This document shows positions 45,294-53,836 of a stretch of 64,000 nt of DNA, one piece after another (positions within the stretch are counted from its first letter, which is position 1; each line of letters opens with the position of its first letter). Below the pieces are notes generated by a model. The model saw nothing but the letters and a program-made list of their open reading frames with translations, was not told the origin of the DNA and did no database searches. The position numbers were made by a program, and so were the translations under genes. Source of the stretch: Flavobacteriia bacterium (GTDB lineage Bacteria > Bacteroidota > Bacteroidia > Flavobacteriales_D > Crocinitomicaceae); assembly GCA_947464135.1 (NCBI GenBank), contig CANHVK010000003.1:1223-65222 (forward strand), in the 5' to 3' direction.

Positions 45294-48200
45294 TTATTGA
45301 AACTCATTAAAATATTGATTTACTTTGTCTTTGTAGTACTTACGGTACGATGGATTCAGTAAATGCAACACATCAAGTTGTTTCACTTTTTGTTGATTAT
45401 ACTGATTAATTGCTTTAAGGTTACCATTATTGTAATCTTTTGCAGATTTTGATTCTCTTTTTTCATCAAACCCTCGTTCACGTAAAGCATCTTCACTCTC
45501 TAAAAGTCTGGTTATTATTTCTTTTTGACGCTTTACAAAGTCTGCTTTTTTATTTCTATTAACCAAATCTTTTTCTTGTTGGTCAAGTGCATTAATTAAC
45601 GGATTTAAAGCATTTCCAGAACCTTTACCATCTTTATTCATTTCCTTGCGAAGTTGTTCAAGTTTAGCACGTAAAGCTGCTTGTTGCGCAGCCATTTGCG
45701 CTATTTCCTTACCATTTAACCCCATCGAACCGGGCTTTCCATCTTGTCCGGGTTTATTACCGGGTTGTTTTCCTTTTTCTAATGATTCTAATTGTTTTTT
45801 AAGTATCTGTTTCATATCCCCCATATTCCCAGAAGAACCATTTTTACCCGGTTTAGGATTGGGACAAGAACCATCACCTTTACCCTGACCTTGCATTTCA
45901 GATTGCATTTGTTGCAATGATTCGTTTAACATCAAAGCAAGATTGTTTACACCTGTTAAAACAAACTGCAAGTGAATTAAAATATCGCTTTTCTGATGTT
46001 CGTCGATAGATTCTAATGCTAAAACAAGATGATTATGAATTTCACGAAGTTCTTTATCTACAAAAGATGCAATTTTAGGTTGACGTTTGGCTAAATCATT
46101 TAAACTATCTTCCACCATTTTAATCTCATCAATAAGAGCACGTTCACGTCTTCCATACTTACGATAAAGTGGGTCGGTTGTACGAATATCACGAAAACCT
46201 GTGATGATGTCTTCCTGATTAAAACTAATAGACATTAGATTTTCTAACAAGGCACGAACCGTTTCTACATCTTCACCTGCTTGTTGTTTGTTTGAAGCAT
46301 TTTGTTGTTTATTTAACTCATTCGCCATCTTCTCCATTTCTTGAGAAGCTTTTTGTTGATTTTTAGTAGCTTTTTTATCATTTCCCTTATCAATGTTCTC
46401 TTTTGCTTTAGAAAGTTCGTCAGAAATCGTCTTTTCGTTGTCTTCGTGCTTTCCAAGTTCCATCGGATTGGATAAAGAATTATTTAACTTTTCTAATTCC
46501 TTCAAATCTTCTTTTAATTGGTCAAACTTTTTATCGATTTCTTCTTGTTTTTTTAACGCTTTCTCTTGCGATATAGCTTCTTTCTCAATATTCTCTTTCA
46601 ATTGGTCTTGTTCCTTTGACAATTGTTTCAACTCATCTTCAATGGCATCGATTTTTTCATTCACTTGCAAACGCTTCAACATTTCAATGCTTCTATCCAA
46701 TTGCTTTTGCATATCCTCCGATTTCGCATCCAATTGGTTTAGTTTCTTATCTAATTGCTCTTTATTTTCGGATTTCATCAACTCTTCCAACTTGTTAAGT
46801 AAGGCTTTCATTTCGTCATCCATTACTTTATCAAGTAAATCTTGAATCATCTCTTGTTTTTCAAGGAGTTGTTTATCCAATTCAGATAATTCACTTTTTT
46901 GAGAAGTGCTTTCTTGAATTTGTTGTTGAATGGCATTTAACTCATTTTGAATATTTTCTTGCTCTAGCTTTAATTGCTCAATCTGATTTAATTTGTTCCA
47001 TTCAGGAGTTTGGTCATTAAGCACATCTTTCTTCAATTTATCAACGTGTTGCTGAAAACGTTGCGCTTTGTTCATTATGTCATTTAAATTCTCTCTAACT
47101 GCTGTTTGTTGTTCGTCGCGCTGTTCGTTTAAAGCCTCTAAAGAAGGAAGTTTATAGGTATAGAAATCAGATTTGGTAGATTTAGAACCATTTACTCCGT
47201 CATTATCAGAGACTTCAAAATAATATTCAATTTTATCATTCAATGAGAGTTCTTCAGCACGAAAATCAAACGCATAACCAAAACGCATTTCCGTTCCTGC
47301 TGGCTGCATCACAGACTTGCGAATAGTTTTCGATTTTTTACCTTGAGATTGAATTGAATAAACAAAATACAATTGTTTTAACCCGTAATCATCTTCAATC
47401 GAACCCGTAAAATATTTAATAGATGAACTCAAAGAATCCGTTTTTTGTTCCACTTGAATCGAAGGAAAAGCATCTTTAATTACTTGTACCGTGTATTTTA
47501 AAGTATCCGTTTTATCAATGAATTTATTTTTGAGTAAAACTTTTAATCTTGAAGATGAAGAAAGCGTTTTAGAATAATCAAAACTTTCCGTTGAAAAAAG
47601 AGTCTTATTTCCACTTCCCCAATCAAAAGAAACAGACGCACTATTTTTAGAACGAACTTTCCAAGTAATTTTCGTTCCTTCAGGTATTTCTAAATCTCCA
47701 GCATTTTGCACTAATTGGTCCTTTTTACCTAAATAAGAAGGATAATTTAAATAAGCATCAAAAACACCAATTGCTGATTTAGGAATCAAACGAATAGCAT
47801 AGTCTTTACTTGAAAAACCATTCGCTTCAAAATGAAAATCAACAGATTGGGAAATACTTGGTAATAAATAAGAATGTAAGGTTTTAGAACTACGTTGCAT
47901 CAAAAATTTACCCATAGAACTCACTAAATACACCTTATCAGGAATAACAGCGCCAGGTGTGCGAACTTCCAAAGCAACATCCTCTCCTTCCACTACGAAA
48001 TCTTTGTAATCTGAAATGGTAAAATCAAAAGGAGCTTCAGGTTTGAATTCTTTCTGATAATTCACCACCCGTTGGCTACCTTGTGTAATTACTGATGGGA
48101 AAAAAGTAACTACAATCAAAAACAGCAAAAAAACAGGGATAAAATAGTTGAGATACTTAAGGTTTTTCTTTAAATCAATTCCATTTACAAACGGAATGGC

Positions 48201-48626
48201 TGAGATCGAAGTAGCACGTTGTGAAATACTTGCGCGAACTAATTCATAATTAGCACCTTCAACTGATAGCGAATCGTTTAATTGTAATGTGTTTAATAAT
48301 CTATCTGCAATTTCTGGGAAAAAATCACCAATTATCATTGATGCTTGTGCTCGGGAAATACGTTTGCCGAATGCAAATAATTTCGAAACAGGAATAAAAA
48401 CGTATTTATAAAGCAAAAATAGGTTAACACCCAAAAAAGAAAAGAACAAAAAGGCACGCACAGGAGTACCAAAGCGACCAATAAATTCCAAGAATGTTAC
48501 TACAAGGAATAACAAAACAAAGAAACCAAACACTAAAATCCCACCTTTAATTAATTGATTTTTATAATACTTACGTATAAAAGCATCAATTTGTTCAAGC
48601 AGACGTTCGTAATTGCTCATAGCCAC
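45294..48626 (-). CDS. DUF4175-like large membrane-anchored coiled-coil protein
   Basis: N-terminal IDAFIRKYYKNQLIKG followed by TM helices. Long E/K/Q-rich coiled coil. Gly/Pro/Lys-rich segment GQGKGDGSCPNPKPGKNG. Confidence 0.65.
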   Translation of the reverse strand: MAMSNYERLLEQIDAFIRKYYKNQLIKGGILVFGFFVLLFLVVTFLEFIGRFGTPVRAFLFFSFLGVNLFLLYKYVFIPVSKLFAFGKRISRAQASMIIGDFFPEIADRLLNTLQLNDSLSVEGANYELVRASISQRATSISAIPFVNGIDLKKNLKYLNYFIPVFLLFLIVVTFFPSVITQGSQRVVNYQKEFKPEAPFDFTISDYKDFVVEGEDVALEVRTPGAVIPDKVYLVSSMGKFLMQRSSKTLHSYLLPSISQSVDFHFEANGFSSKDYAIRLIPKSAIGVFDAYLNYPSYLGKKDQLVQNAGDLEIPEGTKITWKVRSKNSASVSFDWGSGNKTLFSTESFDYSKTLSSSSRLKVLLKNKFIDKTDTLKYTVQVIKDAFPSIQVEQKTDSLSSSIKYFTGSIEDDYGLKQLYFVYSIQSQGKKSKTIRKSVMQPAGTEMRFGYAFDFRAEELSLNDKIEYYFEVSDNDGVNGSKSTKSDFYTYKLPSLEALNEQRDEQQTAVRENLNDIMNKAQRFQQHVDKLKKDVLNDQTPEWNKLNQIEQLKLEQENIQNELNAIQQQIQESTSQKSELSELDKQLLEKQEMIQDLLDKVMDDEMKALLNKLEELMKSENKEQLDKKLNQLDAKSEDMQKQLDRSIEMLKRLQVNEKIDAIEDELKQLSKEQDQLKENIEKEAISQEKALKKQEEIDKKFDQLKEDLKELEKLNNSLSNPMELGKHEDNEKTISDELSKAKENIDKGNDKKATKNQQKASQEMEKMANELNKQQNASNKQQAGEDVETVRALLENLMSISFNQEDIITGFRDIRTTDPLYRKYGRRERALIDEIKMVEDSLNDLAKRQPKIASFVDKELREIHNHLVLALESIDEHQKSDILIHLQFVLTGVNNLALMLNESLQQMQSEMQGQGKGDGSCPNPKPGKNGSSGNMGDMKQILKKQLESLEKGKQPGNKPGQDGKPGSMGLNGKEIAQMAAQQAALRAKLEQLRKEMNKDGKGSGNALNPLINALDQQEKDLVNRNKKADFVKRQKEIITRLLESEDALRERGFDEKRESKSAKDYNNGNLKAINQYNQQKVKQLDVLHLLNPSYRKYYKDKVNQYFNEFQ

Positions 48627-48701
48627 ATTGTTCTACACAATAACTTACTAAATTATATAAAAGTATCCTTGTTATCAAAAATGTCAAACAAACAATATTA
48701 T

Positions 48702-48709
48702 TATCTTTG
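48702..48709 (+). promoter_or_regulatory. candidate -7 box TATCTTTG for gltX
   Basis: Exact TAnnTTTG match 19 nt upstream of ATG 48728. Confidence 0.5.
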
Positions 48710-48727
48710 CCAAAAAACAATTCAACT

Positions 48728-50239
48728 ATGTCTGAAAAAGCAGTTCGCGTAAGGTTTGCCCCATCACCAACAGGTCCATTACATATGGGTGGTGTTCGTA
48801 CCGCATTATACAATTATTTGTTTGCTAAAAAGAACAATGGTACTTTCTTGATTCGTATCGAAGATACCGACCAAACTCGTTTTGTTGAAGGAGCACAAGA
48901 TTACATTATGGATGCTTTGAAATGGTGTGGAATTATGCCAACAGAAGGTCCAGGTATCGGTGGAAATTACGGTCCATATGTTCAATCTGAACGTAAGGAA
49001 ATGTATCGCCCTTATGCTGAACAATTAGTAGCAAATGACAAAGCATATTACGCTTTTGATACAGCAGAAGAATTAGACAAAGTACGTGAACAAGCAAAAG
49101 AAATGGGTATGCCGAATTGGCAATACAATAGCGTAACGCGTACATCTCTGAAAAACTCATTAACACTTCCTGCGGATGAAGTTCAACGCAGATTAGATGC
49201 TGGTGAGCCATATGTTATTCGTATGAAAATGCCTCGTAACCACGATGTGCGTTTTGAAGATATTATTCGTGGATGGGTAGTTGTGAACACTAACAATTTA
49301 GATGACAAAGTGTTATTCAAAAGTGATGGAATGCCAACTTACCATTTAGCAAACATCGTTGATGACCATACAATGGAAATCAGTCACGTTATCCGTGGAG
49401 AAGAGTGGTTACCATCAGCACCATTACACGTATTGTTATATGAAGCATTTGGTTGGGATTGTCCACAATTTGCTCACTTACCTTTATTATTACGTCCTGA
49501 TGGAAACGGAAAATTATCAAAAAGAGATGGAGACCGTTTAGGATTTCCTGTTTTCCCTACAAATTGGACAACAGCAGAAGGAGAGTTATATTCAGGTTAT
49601 AGAGAAAAAGGATATTTACCAGAAGCGTTTATCAATATGTTAGCGTTTTTAGGGTGGAATCCTGGAACAAACCAAGAGTTATTTTCATTGGAAGAATTAG
49701 AAGAAGCATTTAGTTTAGAACGAGTTGGTAAAGCTGGAGCTAAATTTGATGCTGAAAAAACAAAATGGTTCCAACAACAACATTTAAAAAACACCTCAAA
49801 TGAGAAAATTGCTTCCATGTTGATTGACAAAATCGATGGTAAAGTTTCTATGGAGAGATTGGTTGCTATTTGTGGATTGATGAAAGAAAGAGCAACGTTT
49901 GCGGAAGATATTTTAAAAGAAGGTAACTATTTGTTAGAAAGACCTGCTTCTTACGATGAGCAAACTGTTGCAAAAAAATGGAACGAAAATGCGAATGGTT
50001 TAATGACAGAATGGAAAAACATTCTATCTGAAATCGAACCATTTAATCACGAAAATACAGAAGCAAAATTCAAAGCATTCATCGCTGATAAAGGATTGGG
50101 AATCGGTGCAGTTTTACCATTGTTCCGTTTATTAATCACAGGTGCAGGAATGGGACCAAGTATGTTCGAAATCGCTGCTTTTTTAGGTAAAGAAGAAGTG
50201 TTAGAACGTATGCAAATTGGATTAGAGAAATTAGGTTAA
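48728..50239 (+). CDS. gltX: glutamate--tRNA ligase
   Basis: RFAPSPTGPLHMGG (HIGH-type) and GKLSKRDG (KMSKS-type) motifs. Start at MSEKAVRVRF. Confidence 0.95.
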   Translation: MSEKAVRVRFAPSPTGPLHMGGVRTALYNYLFAKKNNGTFLIRIEDTDQTRFVEGAQDYIMDALKWCGIMPTEGPGIGGNYGPYVQSERKEMYRPYAEQLVANDKAYYAFDTAEELDKVREQAKEMGMPNWQYNSVTRTSLKNSLTLPADEVQRRLDAGEPYVIRMKMPRNHDVRFEDIIRGWVVVNTNNLDDKVLFKSDGMPTYHLANIVDDHTMEISHVIRGEEWLPSAPLHVLLYEAFGWDCPQFAHLPLLLRPDGNGKLSKRDGDRLGFPVFPTNWTTAEGELYSGYREKGYLPEAFINMLAFLGWNPGTNQELFSLEELEEAFSLERVGKAGAKFDAEKTKWFQQQHLKNTSNEKIASMLIDKIDGKVSMERLVAICGLMKERATFAEDILKEGNYLLERPASYDEQTVAKKWNENANGLMTEWKNILSEIEPFNHENTEAKFKAFIADKGLGIGAVLPLFRLLITGAGMGPSMFEIAAFLGKEEVLERMQIGLEKLG

Positions 50240-50245
50240 ATCTAC

Positions 50246-50320
50246 TTCCCTCCTTGAGGAGGGATTGAGGGAGGTGACTTAAATCTTATCACCCTCCTTA
50301 ATCCTCCCTCAAGGGAAGAA
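50246..50320. repeat. GC-rich palindromic element locus (2 arms, tail-to-tail) filling the gltX-folB spacer
   Basis: TTCCCTCCTTGAGGAGGGATTGAGGGAGGTGA, an 11-nt spacer, then TCACCCTCCTTAATCCTCCCTCAAGGGAAGAA. Confidence 0.9.
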
Positions 50321-50333
50321 ATCTTTAAAAAAA

Positions 50334-50693
50334 ATGAAAAACCACATAGAAGTTAACGGCATTAAATTATATGCTTTTCACGGGTGTTTGCCGGAAGAGA
50401 CAAAAATCGGTGGACATTATTTGGTGGATGTAGCTTTAGAAACCAACTTTTTAAAAGCGGCACAAGAAGATACGCTTATTGACACAATCGATTATGTTGT
50501 TATTAATCGAATTGTAAAAGAAGAGATGGCTACTCCTTCAAAATTAATCGAACACGTAGGATATCGTATTTTAAAACGTTTTGAAAATGAAGTAGATGGA
50601 ATGCATTTTGTGCGAATTAAAATCACAAAAATTTGTCCTCCAATCAACGGAGATGTAGAGAACGTAGCGATTATCATTGAAGAAAAATATTAG
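50334..50693 (+). CDS. folB: dihydroneopterin aldolase
   Basis: 119 aa. LYAFHGCLPEETKIGGHYLVDV is typical of FolB. Confidence 0.85.
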   Translation: MKNHIEVNGIKLYAFHGCLPEETKIGGHYLVDVALETNFLKAAQEDTLIDTIDYVVINRIVKEEMATPSKLIEHVGYRILKRFENEVDGMHFVRIKITKICPPINGDVENVAIIIEEKY

Positions 50694-50721
50694 TCAGGCT
50701 TGATTTAGCAGAAAATATTGC

Positions 50722-50729
50722 TATTTTTG
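50722..50729 (+). promoter_or_regulatory. candidate -7 box TATTTTTG for tRNA-Cys
   Basis: Exact TAnnTTTG match 13 nt upstream of tRNA position 1. Confidence 0.5.
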
Positions 50730-50741
50730 TAAACCGAAAAC

Positions 50742-50813
50742 GGTCTCGTGGCCGAGAGGCTTAGGCACCGGTCTGCAAAACCGATTACAGCGGTTCGAAT
50801 CCGCTCGAGACCT
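50742..50813 (+). tRNA. tRNA-Cys (anticodon GCA)
   Basis: 72 nt, folded by hand. Acceptor GGTCTCG/CGAGACC, anticodon loop CTGCAAA, T arm AGCGG-TTCGAAT-CCGCT, discriminator U, G13-A22 D-stem mismatch. CCA is not encoded. Confidence 0.9.
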
Positions 50814-50814
50814 C

Positions 50815-50848
50815 AAAAACCCTTAATACAATGTGTTAAGGGTTTTTT
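50815..50848 (+). terminator. rho-independent terminator after tRNA-Cys
   Basis: ACCCTTAA-N9-TTAAGGGT followed by TTTTTT. Confidence 0.8.
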
Positions 50849-50908
50849 GTTGGAATAAAAAAGGCTATCCGTTTAAGAATAGCCATATTATTAAATAGTT
50901 TTTCAAAA

Positions 50909-51547
50909 TCACCAATCACTTTTTTCTTTTTGTAAAGTTTTGTTTTTCAAATTAGTTTCAATTTCATTTGATGTATTATCAATTGTTTTCTTAAATGATA
51001 AAGCATTCTTTGCTTTATTTGTATTTAAATTAAATGCTCCTCCATTTACTTTGTAAATCAATTTATCATTTTCGAAATAACTTGTCATCCTAAAAGTTCT
51101 GCCGGAAATTCCTGGATGATAAGTACTACCTACATAACTTCCTGGAGTTGCAACATTACCATCGTCGTAAAAAGAAACTTTTGCTTTATTATCTTTAAAC
51201 TCAGCTTTTAAAATAACATACATTTTAATTCCAACTGCATCAGTTATATACAACAAAGTTATTTGATCTTCGGTTTTAGAAGTTCTAACATTAGAATAAT
51301 CCCTAAAATTTGCACCAGCCCAATTTTCAAAACGATTCATTAACTCTTGCATAGAAGTAGAATCAACTTTAATGATTTTTTCAAGTACTAAATAATTGGA
51401 TGGATTAGTATAAATATCATTTATAAATAATGTATCCTTTTGAGAAAAAACGGAAAAAGCATTTAACATAAAGATTGAGAAAAAAAGAATTGCTTTTCTC
51501 CATTGAATTTTAAAATTCATTTTTTTGTTCATAAAGTTCATTTTCAT
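50909..51547 (-). CDS. secreted DUF4468-like protein (paralog of 52020-52691)
   Basis: Signal peptide. FENWAGANF...ITLLY...VILKAEFKDNKAKVSFYDDGNV aligns with the same blocks in the other ORF. The family name is from memory and tentative. Confidence 0.55.
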   Translation of the reverse strand: MKMNFMNKKMNFKIQWRKAILFFSIFMLNAFSVFSQKDTLFINDIYTNPSNYLVLEKIIKVDSTSMQELMNRFENWAGANFRDYSNVRTSKTEDQITLLYITDAVGIKMYVILKAEFKDNKAKVSFYDDGNVATPGSYVGSTYHPGISGRTFRMTSYFENDKLIYKVNGGAFNLNTNKAKNALSFKKTIDNTSNEIETNLKNKTLQKEKSDW

Positions 51548-51595
51548 CCTTATTATTTTTTTATTACTTAATATTAATGCAATTATATAAATAAT

Positions 51596-51611
51596 AACCG
51601 ATATATCGGTT
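51596..51611. promoter_or_regulatory. perfect 16-bp palindrome AACCGATATATCGGTT in a divergent intergenic region
   Basis: Read directly from the sequence. It lies 27 nt upstream of the XRE ORF and 49 nt upstream of the divergent gene. Confidence 0.5.
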
Positions 51612-51637
51612 GTTGAACATGGCCAAAAAACTATTAT

Positions 51638-51868
51638 TTGGCTGTTGTGAAAAACGAACTTGATAGTTATTTAATAAAATTAGGTTTGGCAATCAGGAAA
51701 ATTAGATTGTCAAAAGGAATGACACAATTAGATTTGTCGAGTGATTCGGGTATTCCACTTTCTCAAATAGGTGCTATTGAAAATGGAAAACTAAACACCA
51801 CGATTAAGACTTTAATAAAAATAACATCCACCCTTGAAGTCAAACTAAAAGATATAATAGAGTTCTAA
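51638..51868 (+). CDS. XRE-family HTH transcriptional regulator (non-ATG start)
   Basis: LAIRKIRLSKGMTQLDLSSDSGIPLSQIGAIENGK helix-turn-helix. Confidence 0.75.
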   Translation: MAVVKNELDSYLIKLGLAIRKIRLSKGMTQLDLSSDSGIPLSQIGAIENGKLNTTIKTLIKITSTLEVKLKDIIEF

Positions 51869-52019
51869 TTATTTTAAGGGATTTCTATTTAACATAATTT
51901 ACAACTCAATATTCTTCTATTTATTTTTTTCTTTAGACAGATAAATTCTAAGTGAATTTCTATTTTTTTGAAAAATTTGACGATTTTTAGCTAAAAATGA
52001 ATATTAAAACCAAAAACTC

Positions 52020-52691
52020 TTAAAAATCAAATTTTGGTTCAAAATCCAATAATTGGTTTTCTGCTTTCAAAATGTAATCTTGATTACCGAGAATATAAAA
52101 ATTGATAGAGACAATGATTTGTTCGATATCAGATTTGTATTTCTTCAATGCAAGTACGTGTTTTGTATTTCGATTTTTAGCATCTTTTGAAGGATACAAT
52201 AAAACATCCGATGAAAAGCGACTTGCTAAATTAAAATGTTCGGGTACCATTTTATCAGTAGTACGCACATCGCCTTCGTCAAAGAAACGCAAACGTATTT
52301 TTTCATCTTTAAACTCAACAATTAATAACACATTTACGTCTTCATCTTCAAATCGTGTGCGATATAAAATCGCATAATGACTGGTATCTTTCTTAATTTT
52401 TGCTTGACGTTCTTTTGAAAAATCATTTAACCAATTATCAAAATGATGCATCAATAAATTCTTTTTATATGAAACAAATTCACCAGACAAAGGATCAACC
52501 AAACGAATGGTATCGTGTGTTTGTTCTTTTACCAATTGTGCATTAAAATGAAGCACATCCGTAGTAATTAATTCACTCTTTAAATCTTCATATATAGAGG
52601 AAACCAAAAACTTATCCAACTGCTGATTTTTTTGAGCAAATGATAACCCTAAAAAAAGAAGAAAAAACAGTGAAGAAAGAAAAGGTTTCAT
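52020..52691 (-). CDS. secreted DUF4468-like protein (paralog of 50909-51547)
   Basis: Signal peptide. FDNWLNDF...AILY...LLIVEFKDEKIRLRFFDEGDV. Confidence 0.55.
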   Translation of the reverse strand: MKPFLSSLFFLLFLGLSFAQKNQQLDKFLVSSIYEDLKSELITTDVLHFNAQLVKEQTHDTIRLVDPLSGEFVSYKKNLLMHHFDNWLNDFSKERQAKIKKDTSHYAILYRTRFEDEDVNVLLIVEFKDEKIRLRFFDEGDVRTTDKMVPEHFNLASRFSSDVLLYPSKDAKNRNTKHVLALKKYKSDIEQIIVSINFYILGNQDYILKAENQLLDFEPKFDF

Positions 52692-52775
52692 AATGAATTA
52701 ATTTCTAAACAACCTAATATAATCATTTAATTCGAATATCTAATTTCGAACAACAACGATAATAAACAATAATGT

Positions 52776-52783
52776 TACATTTG
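52776..52783 (+). promoter_or_regulatory. candidate -7 box TACATTTG
   Basis: Exact TAnnTTTG match 19 nt upstream of ATG 52802. It overlaps the ORF-track start at 52772. Confidence 0.5.
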
Positions 52784-52801
52784 TCAAGAAATAAAGAGGG
52801 T

Positions 52802-53629
52802 ATGAAAACAATAATTGGAATCTTTTTACTTGCAATCGGAAGTGTTTACGGACAGGAATCGACCATCGATGTACCCGCAAAAAACATTGTTAAAAAAGGA
52901 AGTTTTTATGCTTATTGGGGATGGAATCGTTCTCTATATAGTAGCTCTGATATTCATTTTAAAGGTAACAATTACGATTTTACCCTAACGCAAATCACTG
53001 CAAAAGACAGACAAAGTAAATTTGCATTTTCGACTTATTTTCAAACAATTACTATTCCACAATATAATTTAAGAATTGGATATTTTTTAAATGATAAATA
53101 CGACATTTCGTTTGGTGCAGACCATATGAAATACGTAATGGTAGGGAATCAATTTAGTACAATCACAGGTAATATAAATACCGGTAGTGATTACGATGGA
53201 GTATACGATGGAAATAAAATAGTTATCAATCCATCATTTTTACAATTTGAACACACAGATGGATTGAATTATTTAAATACAGAAATTAGAAGGAATGATA
53301 AAATAATTTCACATAAAAAACTAAAAATAAACGTAATAGAAGGAATAGGTGCAGGAGTAGTTGTTCCACGTTCAAATGTTACTTTACTTAATTATGTTCG
53401 TTACGACCAATTCCATTTAGCTGGATTTGGAATAGGTGCAGTTCTTGGATTAAACTTTCAATTTTGGGACCGTTATTTCATTCAATTTGAAGAAAAAGTT
53501 GGGTATATCAATTTACCAGACATTCGCACAACAATGCACGAAGAAGACAGAGCAAGTCAAGACTTTACGTGGTTACAAGCAAACTTTAGTGTGGGTGTAA
53601 ATTTCAATTATAAAAAGAAAGTAAAATAA
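52802..53629 (+). CDS. putative outer-membrane beta-barrel protein, unknown family
   Basis: Signal peptide MKTIIGIFLLAIGSVYGQ. Alternating aromatic/hydrophobic strands. The motif FSVGVNFNYKKKVK lies at the C-terminus. Confidence 0.55.
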   Translation: MKTIIGIFLLAIGSVYGQESTIDVPAKNIVKKGSFYAYWGWNRSLYSSSDIHFKGNNYDFTLTQITAKDRQSKFAFSTYFQTITIPQYNLRIGYFLNDKYDISFGADHMKYVMVGNQFSTITGNINTGSDYDGVYDGNKIVINPSFLQFEHTDGLNYLNTEIRRNDKIISHKKLKINVIEGIGAGVVVPRSNVTLLNYVRYDQFHLAGFGIGAVLGLNFQFWDRYFIQFEEKVGYINLPDIRTTMHEEDRASQDFTWLQANFSVGVNFNYKKKVK

Positions 53630-53687
53630 TTTTTGAAATTTATATCGATCAATCAAAAACTAAATCATCACGATTTATGTTAATTTA

Positions 53688-53818
53688 TTGTCAAAAAATG
53701 TTAATAAAATCCAAAAGTTATCTATTTTAGCAGGTTAAATTAGCGATGAAACTGTGTCTTTTAGTGTGATTTGACATTAAAAAATGTAGTTTCTTTTTGA
53801 CAATCAAAATGTTAATAA
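53688..53818 (+). repeat. three direct copies of TTG(T/A)CA-N-AAAATGT(T/A)A upstream of nuoA
   Basis: TTGTCAAAAAATGTTAATAA (53688), TTGACATTAAAAAATGTAGT (53771) and TTGACAATCAAAATGTTAATAA (53797). Confidence 0.6.
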
Positions 53819-53836
53819 GTAACTAAAATTTAAAAT

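Noticed and set aside
46393-46845. 150-aa plus-strand ORF (Ser/Phe/Asn-rich) and the other antisense ORFs at 45646-45888 and 46616-46798
   Set aside because: They lie entirely antisense to the E/K/Q-rich coiled-coil region of the DUF4175 gene. The low-complexity composition is the mirror image of GAA/AAA/CAA codon runs, and there is no promoter box or terminator.
48707-48727. N-terminal extensions in the ORF track (gltX 48707, ispG 38203, 52772, desaturase 38007, hipB 26290, PhoH-like 5298, hip HTH 32700)
   Set aside because: The extensions begin at non-ATG codons or overlap exact TAnnTTTG promoter boxes. The conserved protein N-termini start at the downstream ATG codons.
955-50320. Possibility that the recurring GC-rich repeats form a CRISPR array
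   Set aside because: Copies are scattered over 50 kb in both orientations with irregular spacing. They occur as inverted pairs, not as direct repeats with uniform spacers, and no cas genes are present.
50742-50813. tRNA first looked like a class II (Ser/Leu) tRNA because of the TGGCCGAG start of the D arm
   Set aside because: The total length is 72 nt with a 4-nt variable region. The anticodon loop is CTGCAAA (GCA) and the discriminator is U, so it is tRNA-Cys.
50826-53836. Integrated prophage or integrative element at tRNA-Cys
   Set aside because: No integrase, excisionase, phage structural gene or visible duplication of the tRNA 3' end was found. It is reported only as a possible old islet.
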